The notes beneath the pieces were generated by a model. That model was not told the origin of the DNA. It did not search any database and saw only the letters and a program-made list of their open reading frames with translations. Source: an uncultured cyanobacterium (GTDB lineage: Bacteria > Cyanobacteriota > Cyanobacteriia > Phormidesmidales > Phormidesmidaceae). From it: a DNA stretch of 64,000 nucleotides. Positions 60,366 to 64,000 of the stretch are shown one piece after another. Both the position numbers and the translations under genes were made by a program. The stretch lies in NCBI GenBank assembly GCA_963793265.1, contig CAWBZI010000004.1:702901-766900 (forward strand). The letters run 5' to 3'. The stretch's first letter is position 1. The number at the start of each line of letters is the position of its first letter.

Positions 60366-61516
60366 GCTTTAACAAGCCGCTCAAAATCGCACTTTTAACC
60401 TACTCCACAAAGCCTCGGGGAAGCGTTGTTCACACATTAGAGCTAGCTCAAGCTCTAGCAGATTTAGGTCATAAGCCTTGTGTATTCGCATTAGATAAAG
60501 ATGGAAAGGGATTTCATCGACAGGTAAACTTCGAGACTTACGCTGTGCCTGCAAGCGCCTGCGAGGGCGATATCAACACGCTTATTCGGCAGCGGATTGG
60601 TGAGTTTGTGAGATTCTTTGAGCAGCATAAGGTCAACTACGATGTCTACCATGCTCAAGATTGTTTGAGTGCGAATGCACTGGCAGCGCTAAAAGAAAAA
60701 GGAAGACTCTCTTGCTTTATACGGACAGTGCATCATATTGAAGACTTTAAGAGTCCTTATTTAATCGCCTGCCAGGAGAAGTCTATTTTGGAGAGCGATC
60801 GCTGTCTGTGCGTGAGCGAAGTGTGGCGGCAAGTCCTTAAAAAAGACTACGGCATAGAAGCGCATCGCGTTATCAACGGTGTGAGCGACCGGTTTTCGGC
60901 AGAGCCCACCGGAAACGAAGCCTCGTTAGCCAAAGCCTACGGCATCCATGGCGCACCGATATACCTGAGCGTAGGCGGCATTGAACCACGTAAAAACTCG
61001 ATCAACCTGCTCAAAGCTTTTCACGCGGTAAGACGGCACCAGCCCAGCGCGCAGCTTGTTATTGCCGGGGGCGCTACGCTCTTTGACTATCAGGCGTACC
61101 GGCAAGACTTTATGTCGCTGGTGCAAGCCTATGGCCTATCGGATGCTTTGATTTTGCCGGGCGTGGTGCCAGATGACGATTTGCCCGCGCTGTATCGAGT
61201 GGCCGATGCCTTCGTGTTTCCCTCGGTTCAAGAGGGCTGGGGGCTGGTCGTATTGGAGGCGATCGCCTCTGGTCTACCGGTGCTAACCTCTCACTGCGCG
61301 CCATTTACAGAGTTTTTGTCTGACACGTCAGCGCTGCTGGTCAATCCGTATGAGGTAGAAGCGATCGCGTCTGCCATGCTAAGAATAATTCAGCCCGAAG
61401 TCGCTAAGCGTCTTAACCGCCACAGCCGTTCAATTATCGATAGCTATAGCTGGCAGACCTCTGCGACTATGCACCTTGAGCTATACGATCAGCTAGTAAG
61501 TTCTTCTGCGGATTAA
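60362..61516 (+). CDS. MSMEG_0565-family GT4 glycosyltransferase
   Basis: YSTKPRGSVVHTLELA, HAQDCLSAN, GGIEPRKN, FPSVQEGWGLVVLEA. Confidence 0.9.
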   Translation: MSFNKPLKIALLTYSTKPRGSVVHTLELAQALADLGHKPCVFALDKDGKGFHRQVNFETYAVPASACEGDINTLIRQRIGEFVRFFEQHKVNYDVYHAQDCLSANALAALKEKGRLSCFIRTVHHIEDFKSPYLIACQEKSILESDRCLCVSEVWRQVLKKDYGIEAHRVINGVSDRFSAEPTGNEASLAKAYGIHGAPIYLSVGGIEPRKNSINLLKAFHAVRRHQPSAQLVIAGGATLFDYQAYRQDFMSLVQAYGLSDALILPGVVPDDDLPALYRVADAFVFPSVQEGWGLVVLEAIASGLPVLTSHCAPFTEFLSDTSALLVNPYEVEAIASAMLRIIQPEVAKRLNRHSRSIIDSYSWQTSATMHLELYDQLVSSSAD

Positions 61517-61519
61517 ACC

Positions 61520-61804
61520 ATGCCTGAAATTAATTTCAAGATTCGTTGGCCTGATGGAAAAGAAGAGATTTGTTATTCTCCTTCTTTAGTAGTGAAAAAG
61601 TACTTTGAACCAGGCGAAGCTTATACGGTCACGGAGTTTTTGGCCAAGTCAAAAGAGTCGCTGACAATTGCGAGCGATCGCGTTCAAGCAAAGTACGGAT
61701 TTGCCTGTAGCCGGGCGCTGGGCCAAATCAAAAAAATAGAGCGTGTCGCTGAGCAGTATGCTGACTCGCCCGATAATACCGTCACGGTCATCGGGTTCGA
61801 GTAA
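61520..61804 (+). CDS. nitG: MSMEG_0570-family nitrogen-starvation protein
   Basis: MPEINFKIRWPDG..CYSPSLVV..ASDRVQAKYGFACSRA. Confidence 0.9.
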   Translation: MPEINFKIRWPDGKEEICYSPSLVVKKYFEPGEAYTVTEFLAKSKESLTIASDRVQAKYGFACSRALGQIKKIERVAEQYADSPDNTVTVIGFE

Positions 61805-61925
61805 ATCCATCGGCGCTTTTCTTCCAATGAATAAGTTTTGAAAATAGCGATCGCTCGAAAAATCAAGCATCCGCTTAAATATGAGTAGTTATGGATTATC
61901 GTCAGCTAATGGATTGTCAAAAGCT

Positions 61926-62417
61926 ATGGATTATCAATATTTGCTCAAAAATGGCGTAGATTGCTGGAATCAGTGGCGTATAGATCACCCCAATCACTTA
62001 ATTGATCTTAGCGGAACTGACTTAAGTGGTCACTATTTATTTGAAGCCAATCTCAGAGGCGTAAATCTCAGAGGCGCTAACCTCAGGAGTGCTTGTTTGA
62101 TCAGCGCTGACTTGAGATGGGCTAATCTAAGCCAGGCTGATTTGAGAGGCACTTATTTAAGCCAGGCTAACCTGTTATTTGCCGACCTATGCGGTGCCCG
62201 TCTGCGAGGGGCTAGCCTACTAGAAGCCAATCTTGACAATCCCAACTTTTACAAGATGTCTGTTGCTCGTGCAAACTCGACTCAACCTAGCAGTCCACAA
62301 GTAGCCCGAGGATTTTATCGCTGGCGAACCTGGCCCTATCGGCCTCAGATTCAAGCGCTGTGCGTGAAAAGGTTGCAGCCTGCTGTCTATTTCAAACAGC
62401 CTTGCTTTAGCAGTTAG
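61926..62417 (+). CDS. Pentapeptide-repeat protein
   Basis: LLKNGVDCWNQWR..DLSGTDL..ANLRG repeats; ATG 61926 (61881 alternative). Confidence 0.8.
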   Translation: MDYQYLLKNGVDCWNQWRIDHPNHLIDLSGTDLSGHYLFEANLRGVNLRGANLRSACLISADLRWANLSQADLRGTYLSQANLLFADLCGARLRGASLLEANLDNPNFYKMSVARANSTQPSSPQVARGFYRWRTWPYRPQIQALCVKRLQPAVYFKQPCFSS

Positions 62418-62498
62418 AGCTGTTTAATTGCACCTACCGACAGAGGGTACAGGCGTACTTTTACCTTTACGTTTATCAATAAATGTATTGGGAATGGT

Positions 62499-63836
62499 AT
62501 GGCAGAACAGTACGATTATGAGCTGATTGTTATAGGTGCAGGCTCGGGCGGTTTGGCGGCAGCTAAAAAGGCTGCAAAGCTGGGGAAGCGGGTGGCGATC
62601 GCTGAGAAAAACCATATCGGCGGCACCTGCGTCAACCGAGGCTGCATCCCAACCAAGCTAATGATCTATGCTGCCGAATTTGCTCAGCAGCAGAGTATTG
62701 CTAGCGCCTACGGCTGGAAGGGCGATGACAGAGTATTCGACTGGCCGAGCTTTAAGCAGGCGATGGACAGCCATGTGCGATCGCTTAGAGAAATGCAGGC
62801 AGATAGCCTAGAAGGCGTGGATATTCTGCGCGGACAGGCTGAATTTGTAGATGCCCATACGCTAGCGGTTGAAGATCGAAAGGTGACCGCTCAATTTGTT
62901 CTGCTAGCAGTCGGCGGTAGACCTTTGATGCCGGGTATTGAAGGCATTGAGCACGCCATGGATTCGAGAGATGTGCTCAACTTAGAAACGCTGCCGAAGA
63001 CGCTTTTGATTGTTGGCGGTGGCTACATTGGCGTAGAGCTAGCGCAAGTGCTGCACTACATGGGCTGCGAGGTGACGGTTGCAGACTCTCAGCCCCACGT
63101 GCTAGATGGGTTTGATTGTGACGTGCAAGAGCGCGTTAAGCATATTTTAGAAGGCGACGGCGTGAAGGTGATTGATAGCGCTCGCTTGGAGAAAATTGAG
63201 AAGACTGAAACAGGCATTGAGGCTAGCCTGGATAATGGTCAGTCGGTGGAGGCGGATAAGGTACTGTGCGCGCTGGGGCGAAAGGCCAATACGGATACGC
63301 TGAACTTAGATGCGGTGGATGTGACCACTAATAAAAAGAATCAGATTGTTGTAAATGAGCAAGGACGCACTAAAGAAGAGAGTGTGTTTGCAGTGGGTGA
63401 CTGTACCGATACGATTTTGCTGACGCCGGTTGCGATCGCTGAAGGAGAAGCTGTTGTAAAAACCATATTTGGCAATAGCAAAGCACAGGTAGACTACCGC
63501 TGGGTGCCCTCGGCTGTTTTCATGCATCCGTCAGAAGTTGCTATGGTAGGGCCCACTGAGGCCGAAGCTAAAGAGCAGGGCACAGACTTTGATGTTTTAT
63601 GTGACACCTTTTCGCCCTTAAGATTTGCAATTACAGATAAGTCTGTAGAAGCGATGATCAAGCTAATCGTGCGCTCAAGCGATCAGCAGATTCTCGGCGT
63701 GCACATGATTGCCCCACGGGCCGCTGATCTGATGCAAACTTTGGTGCCTGCGCTAAAGAAAGGCTTAACTGTAGATGAACTCAGAGAAGTTATCCCGATT
63801 CACCCTTCTACAGGAGAAGAAATTTTCTCACTGTAA
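62499..63836 (+). CDS. gor: Glutathione reductase-like pyridine nucleotide-disulfide oxidoreductase
   Basis: GAGSGG, GGTCVNRGCIP redox disulfide, GGGYIGVE, LTPVAIAEG, IHPSTGEE. Confidence 0.8.
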   Translation: MAEQYDYELIVIGAGSGGLAAAKKAAKLGKRVAIAEKNHIGGTCVNRGCIPTKLMIYAAEFAQQQSIASAYGWKGDDRVFDWPSFKQAMDSHVRSLREMQADSLEGVDILRGQAEFVDAHTLAVEDRKVTAQFVLLAVGGRPLMPGIEGIEHAMDSRDVLNLETLPKTLLIVGGGYIGVELAQVLHYMGCEVTVADSQPHVLDGFDCDVQERVKHILEGDGVKVIDSARLEKIEKTETGIEASLDNGQSVEADKVLCALGRKANTDTLNLDAVDVTTNKKNQIVVNEQGRTKEESVFAVGDCTDTILLTPVAIAEGEAVVKTIFGNSKAQVDYRWVPSAVFMHPSEVAMVGPTEAEAKEQGTDFDVLCDTFSPLRFAITDKSVEAMIKLIVRSSDQQILGVHMIAPRAADLMQTLVPALKKGLTVDELREVIPIHPSTGEEIFSL

Positions 63837-63999
63837 GGGACATGCGTCTAAATAAAGTACCGCTGACAGCGCTGTTCATTGCCTCGGGCATAGCAGTGCT
63901 AAGCCCCTACAGAAATTGACGGTGACGTAGGGGCTTAGCACGCTATGCCCAGGGCAATATTTGTCGGTTTGCCGGTACTTTATTTGAGCGCAGCTCCCT
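63836..63999. mobile_element. ~165-bp imperfect palindrome: inverted pair of GTAG REP-like units inside outer inverted repeats (REPIN/MITE-like)
   Basis: Outer IR AGGGACATGCGTCTAAATAAAGTACCG / CGGTACTTTATTTGAGCGCAGCTCCCT (22/27 match); inner ATTGCCTCGGGCATAGCAGTGCTAAGCCCCTAC / GTAGGGGCTTAGCACGCTATGCCCAGGGCAAT. Confidence 0.7.
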
Positions 64000-64000
64000 A

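Larger units (their letters stand above)
1..64000. repeat. HIP1 octamer GCGATCGC dispersed throughout
   Basis: Very frequent occurrences (e.g. 652, 11708, 17278, 55891); hallmark of many cyanobacterial genomes. Confidence 0.95.

Overview
Cyanobacterial chromosomal DNA: the HIP1 octamer GCGATCGC recurs throughout, there are NtcA-type promoters, and the gene content is typically cyanobacterial. A Leptolyngbya/Phormidesmis/Synechococcus PCC 7335-like host is my inference only. Left to right: (1) 1-6.2 kb: a CHASE2 sensor histidine kinase cut by the window edge, ygfZ, a cytochrome P450, a pentapeptide-repeat protein, a rhomboid protease and an exported protein. (2) 6.2-36.4 kb: a surface-glycosylation region with two stand-alone TPR proteins and a 1064-aa CAP/SdrD-B/Ig/RTX adhesin. 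It also holds a ~21-kb minus-strand gene run headed by a 161-aa RTX-only gene, encoding six TPR-fused enzymes (GT61, degenerate methyltransferase, two sulfotransferases, CgeB-like GT, double GT2) plus DUF6473, GT2, GT8, another sulfotransferase and a methyltransferase, with no recognisable polysaccharide export genes. (3) 36.6-53.4 kb: PEP-CTERM, DUF1800/DUF1501, GH57/glgA, DUF4230, a frameshifted fasciclin gene, GST, glcE, a CopZ-like chaperone, EamA, PPC-TPR and glgB. (4) 53.4-61.8 kb: a complete Nit1C (nitrile/cyanide; sll0783-0787/MSMEG_0565-0572-type) cluster split over divergent NtcA promoters, with a lux-box-like operator and an adjacent GAF-LuxR regulator. (5) A pentapeptide protein, a glutathione reductase-like gene and a ~165-bp REP/MITE-like palindrome. 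The best candidate for an under-described system is the TPR-enzyme set, which may glycosylate, sulfate and methylate RTX surface proteins in the cytoplasm. All family calls come from motif recognition by eye; no database searches were run.
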